DNA of 63,762 nucleotides, the filler included, from Pseudovirgaria hyperparasitica (Eukaryota): the NCBI GenBank assembly GCA_010093815.1. It is 10 parts of 6 records of this genome, joined end to end, with 100 filler letters (N's around TTAATTAATTAA, not from the genome) between each part and the next. Parts side by side here need not be neighbours in the genome. Positions count along the whole stretch, not along the records: positions 1 to 16,026 come from ML996587.1; 9 more parts are not named here. One strand, given 5' to 3'. Positions 1-15,300 of the stretch are shown one piece after another (positions within the stretch are counted from its first letter, which is position 1; every line of letters starts with the position of its first letter). Under the pieces are notes generated by a model. That model ran no database searches, was not told where the DNA came from, and worked only from the letters and a program-made list of their open reading frames with translations. The translations under genes and the position numbers were made by a program.

Positions 1-95
1 TATCTAAATAGAGTTATATAATAGGATCTAGCCGTAATAGACTATTATATAATAAACGGATCGGCGGAGTATAGCTTAAAGATAATAAGAATATA
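1..95 (+). repeat. LTR-like repeat B, part 5' of a LINE insertion
   Basis: Near-identical to 47606-47700 and to the reverse complement of ~31260-31355; resumes at 3760 after the LINE. Confidence 0.8.
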
Positions 96-3000
96 ATAAT
101 AATAATAATAATATTATATAACTAGGTAGAGTAGTACTCTACAGGCCTATGCCTCCTCTAGTCTAAGCTATTATATAAGAAGAAACCCCATAGGGAAAAA
201 CTTCCTTATGTCTATAACTATATCTCGTTAAACCTCTATTTCGTCTTAAGTATATAGCTATAGGGTACGCCTATTAGCCTATAGCCTATATTACCGTTAT
301 TTTACCCTTAGGTAGCACGTGTAGGTACGGAGGTTATTAGTTAAGGGCTACCCTTAACTAATAATCGGGGTTCTCCCGGGGTTCTTCTAGTATATATTAG
401 GTTACTACCGGCGTGTGCCGGGTCTCTTCCGGTATATATTTCCGGGTCTACTAGAATTAGAGGAGTAGTAGATATATAATTATCTACCGGGCGACGTCCT
501 TAGAGTACTCATTAAGCTATTATACGATATCGGAGGTTCTTATCGTATAGATGAGCTTCTACCTTTACGTGTAAAGATCGGGGCATATTACGAGATAGTG
601 GTATATTATACCTCTCCGGCCGTACGCCTTATACTATAGAGACACGTTAGGGACGCCTCTCTTATAGAGGTAGTATAGAAGTCCTATGGCGCCCGTTCGG
701 GCTTAGAGGAGTATAGATACCTAGGCCTTTATAAGCCCTTTATATATCTATTTACTCGGCTCCTTCTATGGTCCTCGGATCTACTCTAGGTATCTATCCT
801 ACTAGAAGGCCTACTAGGCCCGGAGTGTCTCTTTCTACTTATCTTAGATCTACGACCGTATACTTCGTCCGAGCTCTTAAAGGCTCTATTAGTCTAGAAG
901 GGTATCTAGGTTATCCTTAATCTCTTATACTACTTAGTTTAAGTCTATTTCTATCGGGCACTTATACTATAGTTAAGTCCGGCCTATATATAAGAGTACT
1001 TAGTAGTATACGCTAACTCGCGCACGTAGCGCGGCGAAGGTATATTCTATATTTCCTATACGTTCCTATACTTATTATTTAGTAAAGTATACTACCCTCT
1101 ATATCTAGTAGAAGTTATATATACTTATAATATCTATCTTACGTCGTAGTAGTACCGTATTAGTAGCTTTATATACGCCTAATATAAGACGGAGTATACG
1201 GTTCTATATGGATTCGAGCTTTATTCGCCTAGTCTATATAAGGGCCGTGTACTAGCACTCGTGTCCGTACGTAAAGGCGGGTCGTACTATAGATATATAT
1301 AGCTAGCGTGCCTTATCCCGGGCGGTTCCCCACGTGGAGGCTATAATCTATTATATAGCGGCTTCTACCTAGAGGGCCCTAGAAACGGCGTATGCTATCT
1401 ATGGTCCCTATTTAAGCTTATTATCGATTATGACGCCGAGTGCGCGTATACTTTATATCGGCGGTTCGTCGAAGGCGTCTATTCTAGAGCGTCACTCGCC
1501 TTCTCTAGTAGCCCATTTCCCACGGCGGTTAATAAAGTATATAAGTTAGTACTTTTCGGGGGCGAACTTTACTCCGTGGCGCTTTACCTATTAGACGTAT
1601 CTCCCGTGGTCTTATTCGAGTCGTCTATATATTTAGCTAGTATTATTATTGATGGCTAGAAGGTATATATCGTCTACGTACCCTACTACCTCTATATATT
1701 ATATTCTCTAGAGGAGGTCTATAGTAAAGAAGAGGAATAGGATTGGGGAGATAGTACTTCCTTATAGAATACCGTAAGCCGTCTTCTTATACTTACTTCG
1801 ATATCCGGGGATATATATCTAGATAACTCTTTCGGTGAGGAAGGACTATATAAACCGCGTAATCTACGCGGGTATACGCCTCTTCCGTAAGTTATAGATA
1901 AGTCTTATATGGTTTACTTTATCGAATGCGCCGGCTATATCGAGGGAGAGTAGCGTTACTACACGTCCCTACTTCCATACGGTCTAGACGACTTCGAGAA
2001 TATATTAGATAGCGGTAATTAGGGAGCTTCTAGCCTTCGCCTTCTAGTTTACTAGAAGGAGGTTATATTCCTATACTACGGCGCTTATCTTCTTCGCGAT
2101 CGTGGCCTCTAGTATCTTCCCGAGATAGAAGAGGAGGGTAATTAGCCTCTATCCTTTCGGGGAGTTAGAGTTCTTCCCTAGTTTCGGGAGTATAACGGTA
2201 TAGACGGCCCGGAAGCTTTGGGGGTGGTATCCGTTCTTAATATATGCTTGAAATATATAACTAATGAGCGGTAGGGTAGCTAGTATAGTACGTTTAAGGT
2301 ACCTATTCGGTATCCTATCCGGTCCGGGTGCCTTATTATTCGGGAGTACTTTAATAGCGTCGAGTATATTCTCCTCGGTGACCTCTTAGGGGATATCGAT
2401 TACGTCTAGATATTTAGTATTATTAATATCTAATAGGTCTACTAGCTCCGGGAGGGGAAATATAACTTTATATAAGATCTCCGTCTTCTCCGGGCTTATA
2501 GAGTATATCCTCTCTTAGTATATTAGGGGAGGCATTAGTAGCGGCGGTATCGGCGCGTCTATATCCTTAGCCTACTTTACCATGCGCTATAGCCCTACGG
2601 CTTACTATATGTGTTTATTAGTAATCGTGCGCTATTACTTTCGTCGTTTATTACGGAGGGCCCTATCACGATATTATACTACTTCCTTCTACTCTTCCCA
2701 CGCCTCGGTTATCCGGATGTAGTATACACGTGTGTATAGTCTATAGGCGTCTCTTCTACACTCTCGTATTTAAGGTATACCCCTCGCTTCTAGGGGTCTA
2801 TACGTTCGGTATGGCACGTGTTTATCTCTCGTGGCTTGGTATGCTTAAAGGAGGACTTACATGGCCTTGTCTATGGCTAGGCCGTTAGATACGTTAACTA
2901 TAGAGGGGTCTAGAATCGCTAATTCTAGGTCCTCTAGGTATTTATCCTAATTAGTATCCTTCTATAGCTATTTCCTATATTATTCGTTAAGAGTAGAGAC

Positions 3001-3759
3001 GTCTATTACGGTTTCTATACATTCGTGGTCGGAGTCCGTCTATATCCGGCTCGGGCGGTAGTACTATACTCTATAGCTAATGTACTCGGTGGCGAGGGTA
3101 AGGTCGAGCGTAGACCCGTCCTCGTCCTATTTATATTTCCTCTAGGTAATCTACCCTATAGGTGTAAGGAGGTATAGGAAGTCATGGCACCGTATATGTA
3201 GTTCCCTTACTCTAAGTTCTTCTCTCGCGACGGCTAGGCCTCTCTACCACCTATGGTAGAGATTAAAGTCGCCTAGGAGGATATGTTATCCCGGCGTCGT
3301 GGTGCCCTCTAGTATGTTATCTAGCGTAAGCGATCGCTATTAATTATAGATGTTATAGATGTGGATAGGCCCTATACTTATCTAGAGATGTAGCGTTATC
3401 CGGAGGTTATCACGTTCGGTATAAGACTATTCTAAGAGCGGGATCGACTTATATATATAAAATATAACTCTCCTATCCGGGCCCGTGGGGTGGATGGTAT
3501 AGTATCCTAGGTGTGTTATTAGCTTGTTGGTTTGGTAGTGTTTATATGGTTCCTAGATGGCTATTATTACGGCTCCTGTTTCTTCTAGGAGCGTCGCTTA
3601 GTTTTCTCGTTTATATTATACGTTCGCCTATATAATGATAAGTATATCTTATACCCTTATTAGGTGCTAGGGAAAGTTCGAGTCTGTATGTTAGTGGCGC
3701 TAAGGCGTGATTATCCTCGCGCGGTGGCGGCTTTGAGTATACCCCGGGGTCGGCCTATA
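96..3759 (-). mobile_element. 5'-truncated Tad1-like LINE (type C body), RIP-mutated
   Basis: (ATT)n tail at 96-112; minus-strand EN (GDFN, DSDH) and RT (GYVDD, GIPQGS) relics; 14-bp TSD ataataagaatata at 82-95 and 3760-3773. Confidence 0.93.
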
Positions 3760-4083
3760 ATAATAAGAATATAGTATAATTCTTAAAGTAAAGACTAGAT
3801 AGAGAGAGAACTAAATACATAGAGAGACCGTTCCTTATATATTCCTTCTTATATATTCTAGATCCTTCTCTTAATTAATAATAGGAATCTTCTAGACCTC
3901 TAGACGTATATATACGTTCTATAGCTCTAGTAGCTTCCTTAGAATAGAATAGAGTAGAGTAGAACTCTATAGAACTTATAGACTCTATAGTAGAACCTAA
4001 TAGAACTCTATAGAAGTTCATGTTTCTAAAGACCTCTAGAAGTTTCTAGAGGGTTCTAGAAACTTCTATAAGAGTATAGAGTA
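3760..4083 (+). repeat. LTR-like repeat B, continuation up to the gap
   Basis: Colinear with 47687-47821 and with the reverse complement of ~31048-31275. Confidence 0.8.
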
Positions 4084-4233
4084 NNNNNNNNNNNNNNNNN
4101 NNNNNNNNNNNNNNNNNNNNNNNNNNNNNNNNNNNNNNNNNNNNNNNNNNNNNNNNNNNNNNNNNNNNNNNNNNNNNNNNNNNNNNNNNNNNNNNNNNNN
4201 NNNNNNNNNNNNNNNNNNNNNNNNNNNNNNNNN

Positions 4234-7200
4234 TTTAGATATCTATCTACTAGTTTTCTAGTAATTTAATTCTTAACTTAATAATATTATATACGTTCTT
4301 ATTTATTCTATAACTATTAAATTCTAGGTTCTAATTTCCTTTAAGTTACTTAAGTATAGATATTATATATAAATTAGTTTATCTCTCTAAATTATATTAG
4401 AGTACCCGAACTAGTAGTCTAGTACTTATTAGTTTAGATACTCTAACCTTTTATATTATATATTACGAGTTTAATTCCGTAGTAGAGTACTTTTTTAGTT
4501 CCTTAGTTCTATATTCTTCTCATATATAATAGTCTATATTAGTCTATTCTAGACTTCTCTATATTATTCTATTATAATATATCGCGTCGCGTACCTATAA
4601 CGGTTATTTATATTTTCTTTACGTTTAGTAACTATATATTACTTAAATTATAGAGCTATCTTATAGAGTTTTCCTAGTATATGTTTAGAATTTATAATTT
4701 AATACTTTATTCTCTATAGTATTCTTCTTCTTTTTATAATAGCTCTAATAGTACTAGACTTATAGTAGTAACGTGTTATTCTATAACCTCTATTTATATA
4801 TAGCTATCGCGGTACTTAAGATATATACCGTAGATTCCTAGGTATTCTTATTCTTAGTATAGTTCTTCTAACGGATTTAATACTTTTAGATACTATTCTT
4901 ATTAAGTCTATGTTTAATAATATAGTCTACTTTATATATATCTAGTCTATCTTAGGGTATAATAGAGTATAATTACACGTTCGTACGTTTATATATATTA
5001 GATTAAAACCTTTTAAGTAATAAGATATAGAATATATTATAGACTTTTATATTATTTCCTAGATTAAGCTTATAGACTCTTATACTAATATAATATTTAA
5101 TTTAGAAGGGACTAGCCATTTTATAATTAAGCTTTTTATTTACTTGCGATATTTATATATTATAGATATTAAGAAGAACTTTATCTCTCTTCTTATACGC
5201 TTAATCTTTAACTAATCTATTATAGTACTTTATATATAACTTATTTACTTACTAGATTATTACGCGATAGTTATATATAGTTTTAAAGATTTTAATCGCT
5301 AGTTCCTATACGTAGATATTAATATCTATTATTCGGTTAAACTAGACTATATAAGGTTTAAAACCTATTCTTAGACTATATTCTAGGTTCGCCTAGAAGG
5401 GCGTGATATCTATTATACTATAATAACTATTATTATATATAAATTCTACTATACTTAGTAGAGAGGTCTAGTTATCTTATTTAAAATTATAGAATATATA
5501 AAGGTAGACCTTAAGCGTTTAGTTCTATTACTCTATCTAACTATCTATTTATAGATAGAATACTATTAATATATTTCTATTTATACTAGCTATTTTATAG
5601 AATAATATCTAGAATTTAGACATGAATATACTCCCTTAGTCTATAATAATTCTTTTTAGTATACTATAGACCTTAATAATCTTATTCTAGAATACTTATA
5701 CTAGTTCTTTTAATATAATTATCTTCTATATAGAGATATACCTAGATATCTTTATAAGTCTATCTATAATAATAAGAATTAAATTATAACTTATTCTAAG
5801 TATCTTACTTAGAGGTAAGTTAACTATAAAATCTATAATAATATCTTTCTATATAAAGAGGGGGACTAGTAGAGGCTATAAGTTTCTATATAGCTTATAT
5901 CTAGATATCTTTATTCTTTAATAAATCGGATAAGTAGCTATCTATTCTTTAATATACTTAGATATATCTTTCTAAAAGTAGTACTAATAAATTAAGCTTA
6001 GAGTACGTATATACCTAAAATATTCTACTAGATTAGTATTATAGTATTAGCTAACTATAGTAAATCGTACGTTATCTATTAGTATATAGTACTTTCTATT
6101 ATAGTAGAGTAAGCCGTCCACGAAGGTCTACTTATAGTCTACTTTATTCTATAATAATCTATCTTACTATATTTTATATAACTTTAGAACTATTAGGTCT
6201 ATCTTTTATAGATCTATAATTAACTAGATAAGGTCTACTTAATATATATACTAGGTACTATCGCCCTCCCTAATAGTACCGATAAATAGCTTACTAGAGA
6301 CTTTAGTACCGTGTCTTTAGTTACTAGCTTCGGTCTTATAAATTTAATTACTAGTATTAGTATTAGTATCTCGCTAATTATTAGATAACTTATTATCTAA
6401 CCTTATCCTTAAGAGTTAGGTCTATAGCTACTCTAGAACCCTATAGCTACTATAATTCTAGGCGCCTTCTTTATAGTTAGGTCTTCTTAATATTCTATTA
6501 GCTAGGTTTATACTTTTAGATTAATAGTAGATTATAAAGTAGAAATTTATAAGCTACTTAGCCTATCGAACCTATTAACGATTTAAAACTATCGTACTTA
6601 TAAACCCCTTTAAGTTATAGTAATTAGTTAGTAACTTAACGTTATATATAGTACCTTTAAGATAATATTACTACTACTTAAATGACTCTACTATTACTAG
6701 TAGCTCTTAGTTATAAATAGTATATCTAGTCTTAACGTTAGCTATCTTACGCGAGAAGAACGTAACTAGATACTATTAGACCTTTTTAGACTCTATTAGT
6801 CTAGGCTAGAAGAGTATACCCGAGATTATAAATTCTAATATATTAGTTTCGACGTGAATAGGTTTAGTTAGATCGAAGTGCACTAGTAATAGGGCGGTTA
6901 TAAATACTTCTTTAATCTTCTCGAAGAATATTCTTTCGACCTTAGTTAATTTAATAGGTTATAATTTAATATTACGCTGTTTCTATCTACTACGGACCGT
7001 AATAGACGAGTTAGTAGTAGTAGTATACGTATTAAGTAGTGCGGCTAAACGGGAGAAGTATTTAATAAATTTTTAGTAGTAGTTAGCGAAGCTAATAAAG
7101 ACACGTATATCTTAAACGGATTTTAGTTTCGACTAGTCTATAATAGTAGTAACTCTATCTCTCTCTATAGTTATACCTTAATTAGTAGTAACGAAGCTAA

Positions 7201-10124
7201 GAAAGTTAATATAGTCCTAATGGAACTCGTATTTAGATAGCTTAATATATAGCTTATACTTTTCTAGCCTATCTAGGACTATATATACATGCTAGATATG
7301 CTCCTCCTCGTTATCTAAGAAGATAAGGATATTATCTAGATATATAATATATGTCGTGTCGAGTAGGCCTACTAGCGCGTTATTAATATACGCTTAGAAG
7401 GTGCCTAGCGCGTTAGTTAGTCTAAAAGAGACCATAGTATACTTAAAGTATCTATAACGGGTTCTAAAAGCCGTTTTCTATTCGTCGCCTTCCTTAATAC
7501 GAAGGCGATAGTAGGCGTTATATAGATTAAGCTTAGTAAAGATCTTTACGCGTCCTAGTCTATTAATAGACTCGGAGATAAGAGATAGTAGATAATAATT
7601 CTTTCGTATAATATTATTTAGACTATAGTAGTCGATATATAGATAGAGGCTTCTATCCTTCTTCTTTATAAAGAGAATTAGAGCTCTAGCTAGGGATATA
7701 CTAGGTCTAATCTATCCTTGCGTAAGGTTCTTTTCGATATATTCTCAAAGGGCTTATAACTTAGATTCTAAAAGAGGGTAGATAGGTCTATATAGAGGTT
7801 ACTAGCCGTCTTTAAGATTAATAGTAAGGTTAGTAGATTAGTATTAAGGTAGTTTAGAGGAATTAATCGCTAACGCGATATATTAGTATATTTTATACTA
7901 ATATAGTAGGTTTTCGTCTACTTTAATACTAAGCTTACTATTTTACGTAAGTAAGAGTATATAGATAGTAGAGATCGCCTTCTTATAATCTTTCTAGAAT
8001 TATTCGTCGTTAATAAGCTATACTAGTTCCTATTAAGGTAGATTTATACGCTAGCTAGCTGTCTTCTTAAGGAAGTCTAGTTTTAGATTATATTTCTTAA
8101 GCCACGGTATACCTAGGATTATATTAAAGGGACTATCTACTACGATAAAGGTTAAGTAGTAGAGTTTCTATTTCCCTCCGCTATCCTAGATACTATATTT
8201 AATACTATAGATACCGTATAACTTAATGGGACCGTTAATACTATAGAATATAGTATCTATTAGAGCTTAGATATCGGCGTTAAGTTCTCGTGCTCGTTAG
8301 ATTAATATAATATTAGTAGCCGACCTACTATTAAGTATTATAGTCTAATATTATCTATAAGGGACCTTAATAGATCTAGTCTATAGTTCGATATACTATT
8401 TAGCGGATTACCTCTCTATTATAGTCGTGTCTATAAGTCGCGAGGGTTTCTTATAGACTATTAGTTTTTTATATTCTATACTAGGTAGTTAGGCGCGATG
8501 TATCCTAGCTACTAGCACTTATAGTATATAACTAGTTAGTTAGTTATATTAGTACTCGGTAGCTTCCCTAAACGGTACTTAGATACTATATAGCCTATTC
8601 TACTATAGGTATAGTAAGTAACTTTAGGTCGTTTATATGAGTCGGTCCTTATATCTTAATATATTAATTAGTAGAGAGATCCACGATATAATCCGTGTGG
8701 TTTTAAATTTAAGGTATAGTAGTAGCCTTATAACGTCCTACAAGATCTATTACTAAATTAGTTTTAGTTAGACGATTTTACGTTAGATTAGATCGTTAGG
8801 GATAGTCGTGTACTAGCGCGGTATTAATTATTTATTATACGCTAGTATCGCTCCGCGAGGTTTATAAGAGCTTAGAGGTCTATAGAGATTATTATTATAA
8901 GGTCGAGACGGTCCTTTATATTTAGGGTAAGGGACCGTTTAAAGTCGTCGCACTATTAAATTATATAATCTTCTTCGGCTTCTCTCTAGAGGGGCCGAAG
9001 GTATTTAAGGAGTTATAATAGTAACTAATTATCTCGTTATCGAGTCTTAAAGTTATAGCCCTAGGCCTAGTTACGTCGTTTAGCCCTATTACTAAAACAT
9101 TAGAGGAGAAATTTAGTAAACGTGTCCTAGTTATAGGTATCCTTAGAATATTTAATTTAGTATACTATCTAACGTTCTAAAGGCGTTAGGTTAAGGTATT
9201 TCTAGGCGAATCTAATTTTATCGCTATCGTTCGTGAATAGATAGAAGAATCGGCTATATTAGTAAGCCTATATATAGAAACTCTTTCTACTTTTACTATT
9301 AAAGTAAGGTAGTTTCTTAGATTAGGGTAATTAGGATAGTAGTAGACTAGAATAGATTATTTTAGTTAGTATAGATCTATATAAATATAGATTAGTCGTT
9401 ACTAGAACTAAAGCGCGTAATATAGCTTTAAGTCTCGTAGTATATTCTTAAGCTTCGTCGAGTTTATATAGTTATTACTTAAGTTAAATCTATTATTACC
9501 TCTCTTCGTGTAGTCTAGTATATATATTATTATAAGGTATAGTTAACGTTAGGCGATTCTAATAGATTAACTCGTTAATATTAATAAGGTCTAGCCTCGT
9601 GTTAAGGTTAGGTCTAGTATAGTTTAAACTAGACCGAGATAGAGTATAATAGACTCTATCCTTATATTCTATAATATCTTCTATAGTTATACGGAATATC
9701 GTGCGAGTTATCGGTGCGATAGCCTATAAGGTATAGTTATTAGTAGGGGTAGTTATAGGTAGACTATTCTCCTCGTTTAGGTTAGGAGAAGGTCTACTAT
9801 AAGAGGCGGTGTCACGAGTATTATAATAAGTAGTTCGAGCTATTTCTATAAACTACTATTATACTATATAAAGGGAAATTAAAATATAAGAATTATAGAC
9901 GTAGAATAGTAGTCTAATAGGTTATAGAAGGATTTAGAAATATATTTAAAAGGGTAGTCTACTCTTATAATAAGGTTAATTTCTAAAGAGTAGAAATTAA
10001 GTATATATAGTCTACTTATATAGTAGTCTTACTTAATCTAGCTAACTTAACCTAGGTCCACCTATCACGGACCGTACTAGACTATAGTAGTCTAGTTAAG
10101 TCTATTCTAGTATTAGCCCTAATA
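4234..10124 (-). mobile_element. Ty3/Gypsy chromovirus A, near complete, RIP-mutated
   Basis: Minus-strand relics: two gag CCHC knuckles (~8490-8620), protease LDSGS (~8330), RT KTAFRTR and YLDD (~7330-7480), RNase H ETDAS (~6845), integrase, chromodomain; 4420-6930 is the reverse complement of 61245-63762; terminus TATTAGGGC (probably TGTTAGGGC) shared with the copy ending at 36615. Confidence 0.92.
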
Positions 10125-10618
10125 CTAAGAAGGTTAATATAATCTACTATAGAGATAAATAATACTATATTAAATAATAGAGATCCTCTATAATTAGTAT
10201 TAAATCTAGCTATTTCTAACTAAGAAGTAGAGATATTAGACTAAATTATAGAGATTTCTAATAAAGAAATAGTAGATATACTAAGTAACTTCTAATAATA
10301 AGAAGCTAGATAATAAGTTATAGCGGAGCTATATAAGGTATTATAATAAACTATTACTAAACTATAGAAGTATATTACTAATTAAGTCTAGAAGATTTAG
10401 ATACTTAAAGAATAGACTAAATATATAAAACTCCTTATAAAGAGATAAGAACTTAAGAAGTCTCTTAAAGAACTATACTAAATAATAGTAGATAAATAAC
10501 TTTCTATACTAATTTAGATAGAATTAGTTTACCTACTACTAGAGTTATAATAATCTACTATAATTCTAGCTACTTCATTACTAACTTACTCTATTCTATC
10601 TCTAGATATACTAAAATC
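10125..10618 (+). pseudogene. Probable gag relic of another LTR retrotransposon, continuing at 15944-16026
   Basis: Joined across the LINE TSD it de-RIPs to about PKxKDPTxFTxKNQKEWKDWKRxCEKYF, resembling fungal retrotransposon gag. Confidence 0.45.
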
Positions 10619-10860
10619 GATCACGTTACTTCTTTTACATCCCTAAGAGGCCAACTTGGTCCATTCGGGGTAATATAGTAAGATACACACCTTAATCGAT
10701 AGAGTATACCGAGTACACCAACTACTACTATACGCACGTACGTGCAGCGTCGAAACCAAGACGCTACCGCCGTATAAAGATATATATATACCCTCTTAAA
10801 ATCCTCACGGAGATAGAGGCACGGACCACGCTACTAGAACGCCGACACGCCGACCCCCTT

Positions 10861-10891
10861 TTATTAGTTAAGGGTAGCCCTTAACTAATAA
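10861..10891. repeat. 31-bp palindrome, 5' copy, ending 2 nt before the ORF1 ATG
   Basis: TTATTAGTTAAGGG-TAG-CCCTTAACTAATAA followed by at-ATG GCG GCC. Confidence 0.95.
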
Positions 10892-10893
10892 AT

Positions 10894-12357
10894 ATGGCGG
10901 CCTTAGGCACCGACATACCCCGGCATATACTAGATATACCCCTACCGGTATAATAGAAAAGACTATATAGCGATATTACCGAGGGTAGCTATATACCTAT
11001 CTAAAACGTAGAACACACCTAAAGGCGCACGCCGCTATAGATAGATAGAATAAAGGGGACCCCGAGAGGGGAAACCCTCCTAGATCGTATTAACTACTAG
11101 GTAGTACGTGTAGAGAAGGAAGCCGGAGAGGGCTAGAAGACCCTCCTATATATATTCTAGAACCTTATCTAGAATCTAAAGGGAATTACGGAGGAGGAGA
11201 AGAAGATATAACTAGGAGGACTAGAGGGTAGGCTCGACCGAATAGAGGCCAGCCTACGTAGAATCTAGGAGAAACTTACTTAAGGTAAGCGCCCTAGTAC
11301 ATAGGTATAAATAGTAGTAATACCGGAGACTATACTACGGGCCCTCCGGACCGGCGACGTGGCGTATAGTATATATATTATAATCTAGGATAAGGATACC
11401 CTAGCATAGGTCTAGCGAGCATCCCTAAAGGACATAGTAAGTAAGATTAATAAATAAAAGGGAATATAGTTAAATGTCGTTACCGCTAAACTCACGCTAG
11501 AAGAAGTAGTACTTACTATGATAACGAATATCATGTAGTAGACTATCTCACGCGATCCGAACGCGATTAGTAGTATCTTCCTAGGCGTCTCTATTAGGGC
11601 GGCCACATACCCGATATAGATATACTCTATGCCCGTAAGCGGATAGGTTATTAGAGAAGAGGATATCACGCGGATAGAATAGTTAAACGAGCGAAAATAC
11701 CTAGAGATTAAGATTATAAGAGTATGGTAGAAGAATATATAAGGGATTAAAACTAGATTAAAGGTATACTCTACTATAATAGTGGAGCTTAAGGACCCCG
11801 CCCTCGCGTATTAAATTATATAAGAGGGATTCCTAGTAGAAGGGGAGCTTCTTATAGCGGAACCATGGGATAGAGCATAGGCGATAACATAGTACTTTAA
11901 CTATTAGGGATACGGGTATACGGCATAGCGGTACTCCTAAAAGACTAGGTGTAGGTAGTATCGATAAGAATATAGTACCTAGAAGTGCCCCCACGGGATA
12001 TAAGGAGAGGGCTAGAGAGATAGGGACACGGCGAAGTACTCTAACTACGACGGCAAGTACCCGTCGTGGTTAGCTATATACGCGAAACGCAAATAGGTTA
12101 CCAAATACATCTACTTAATCCGGATAAAGGGAGTAAGGTAGCTATAAACGATGCGATCTACTACCGTTCCTCTCTTTACTATAATACTACTACTATAGAC
12201 TACCTCCTCACGAGGAAGCGGTTAGGAATAGTAAACCATCCCGAGAAAGCTAATAATAGGACGGCCCTAAGGAATTACCAAGGCCGCCACCGTACGAGAA
12301 TAGTCGCGACTTAGAGGAACGAATATATAGGCCTATACATTCCCTAGCACCCAATAA
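10894..12357 (+). pseudogene. LINE ORF1 (gag-like, three CCHC knuckles), RIP stops
   Basis: ATG at 10894; 1464 nt = 488 codons; de-RIPed CFNCQGYGHTAQRC, CGWC..H..C, CSNCDGKHPSW..C; ends FPSTQ*. Confidence 0.88.
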
Positions 12358-15300
12358 GAGACCAAGACACACTTCTAATTATATAGGCAAACGTATAGTA
12401 TAAACGTAAGAACTAGGCGATACTCCTCGAGGAGACCGGAGCTATAATACTTACTATACAGGAGCTATATAAACACTACTAGACGAACAAACTAACAACA
12501 CACCTAGGATATTATATAATACACCCCCTAGGACCGGAGAGGAGAGTCCTCTTCTATATCTATAAGTCTATCCTACTCTTATTATAGTCGTATACTAAAC
12601 GGGATAACCTTCGGATAATACTATACCTCTAGATGAATATCGGACCCCTCCATATATATAATATATATAATTAGAACCGATCGCTTTAGGCGGATGACAT
12701 ACTTAAGGGCACTACCGAGCTAGGATAATACATCCTCCTAGGAGATTTCAACCTCTATTATAGCTAGTAGGGTGGACTAACCGTCACCCGCGAAGAGCTT
12801 CGAGCTAGAGAACTACGCACCTAATGCTACGGCTTTCTATATCTTCTTATACTAATAGGATAGATTACCTAGCGAAAACATAAATAAGATAAGGGCGGAT
12901 CTACACTCGACCTCACCCTAGCTACTAGATACCTTTATAATAGGACTTAATACTACCGCCTAAGCCTTATATAGATAGACTCCGACCACGAATGCATGGA
13001 GACCTTAATAGACGTATCTACCCCTTAAGACTAACGAGGGCGATAGCTATAGAAGGATACTAACTAGGAAAAGTACCTAAAGGACCTGGAATTAACGATT
13101 CTAGACCCGTCTATAGTTAATATATCTAATGGCCCGGCCATCGACTAGGCCGTGAATATACTCCTATAGGCGTACTAGGGAGCAAGAGATAAACACGTGC
13201 CGTACCGAATATATAGACCCCTAGACCCGAAAAGTATACCTTAAGTGCGAGAGCATAGGCGAGAAGTCCGGAGATTATATAGACGCGTATACTATAACCG
13301 TATACCTAAAGCGTAGGATGAATAGAGAGAGGTAAGAAGATAACGAGATAAAGTCCTCCGTAACAAGCGACGTAAATAGTAGCGTATAGTTACGGATAGA
13401 TACACACGCAACACCACTAGACTATAGTATATAGTAAAATGGGCCAAAAGCACCGCCTCCCCGACACCTATACCACTTATACCTCCCCTTATATATTAAG
13501 AAAAGACGTACTCTACGAGCCTCGAGAAAACAGAGATCCTATAAGAGGTTATATTCCCTCTCCTAGAACCCGTAGACCTATTAGATATTAACGGCACGGA
13601 ATACCCGGAAGCCGTAAGTATCCCTAGAGAAATTACGGACGACGATATACTTAGTACTATTAAGACACTCCCGAACGACAAAGCGCCCGAGCTAGACGGA
13701 ATTCCGAATCAATATCTTAAGAGGACTATATAGGCGACCTTACTAATTATAGACTATATATTCCGAGCGTACGCCCGTATAGGATACCACCTATAGAGCT
13801 TCCGAACCGTATATATAGTTATACTTCTAAAACTAGGGAAGAGCCTAAATACGCCGAAGGGATAGAGGCCGATCGCCCTTCTCTTCTACCTAGGCAAGGT
13901 ACTAGAAGCTACGATTACTAAGAAGATAAGCATAGTAGTATAGGTACACGGCCTTCTCCTAGTAAACCAGAAGGCGAAGGTAGAAAGCTCCCTAATTATA
14001 GCCATTTAACACATCCTCGAGGTTATCTAGACTATATAGAAATAAGGACGAGTCGTTACGCTACTCTCCCTAGACATAGTAGGGGCGTTTAATAAGGTAA
14101 ACCATATAAGACTTATCTATAACCTCCGGATGAGGCGAATACCTAAGTAGATTATATAATTTATATAGTCCTTCCTCGCGTAAAGGACTACTTAAATATA
14201 TATCCCCGGATACCGAAGCGAATATAAGGAGACGGTATACGGCATCCCGTAAGGGAGCACTATCTCCCCGATCCTCTTCCTCTTCTTTATAGTAGATCTC
14301 CTTTAGAGAATAGAATATATAGAGGTAGTCGGATACGCGGACGATATATACCTCCTCGCGGTCGATAGTAGTACTAGTAGAACATGTACACGACTCGAAC
14401 GAGACCACGAGAAATGCGTCTAGTAGGTAAAGCACCATAGAGTAAAATTCGCACCTAAAAAATACTAGCTTATATACTTTATTAACCGCTGTAGAGGATA
14501 GGCTACTAGGGAGGGGGCACGTCGCCCCTAAATCGACGCCTTTATAGAACTACTAGCATAGAGTATACACGTACTCGGCGTTATAATCGATAATAAGCTA
14601 AAATAGGGACCATAGGTGGCACACGCCGTCTCTAGAGCCCTCTAGGTAGAAACCGCTATACGCCGGATTACGGTATCTACGTAGGGAATAGCCTAGGATA
14701 AGACGAGATAGCTATACGTCTCCCTAGCACGCCTAGCCTTTATATACGGACACGAGTACTAGTATACGGCCCTTATATAAGCTCGGCGGGTAAAGCTTAA
14801 GTCCATATAAAACCGTATACTCCGTCTTATCTCCGGCGTATATAAAGCTACTAACATGACACTCCTCTAACGCGAGACAAACGTAATAAGTATATAGGAC
14901 TTCTACTAGATATAGAGACTTATATACTTTACTAAATAATAAGCATAAGAACGTGGAGGAGATAGGGTATATACCTTCGCCGTACTACGTACACGTATCC
15001 GCGCGCATTACTAGGCCCTCCCTACTATAGAATAAACTCGAGTATAATATAAATACTATATAGAGGTAGACTCGAGCTAGACCGCGTAGGAGGTTCGAAA
15101 TAACCCGGATACCGTCCCGAGCTAATAGAACCCTAAGAAGCTTAGCCGCATTATACGGTTATAGATCTAGGATAAATAGAGGGAGATACTTAAAGCCTAG
15201 TAGGCCTCCTAATAGGATAGGTATCTAGAATAGATCTAAGGGCCTTAGAAGGAACCGAGTAAATAGATGTATAAAGGGCTAACGAAGGCCTAAGTATCCA

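Noticed and set aside
334..364. 31-bp palindrome as a CRISPR repeat or hammerhead ribozyme (CTAATAA could be RIPed CTGATGA)
   Set aside because: Dispersed at fixed LINE positions with no spacer array; no correctly placed stem II/GAAA found
11412..11669. Recurrent minus-strand hydrophobic ORFs (also 20747, 28066, 32146, 42603, 51225, 52496) resembling a small gene family
   Set aside because: Antisense shadows of LINE ORF1; they recur because the LINE does; variable starts, several non-ATG
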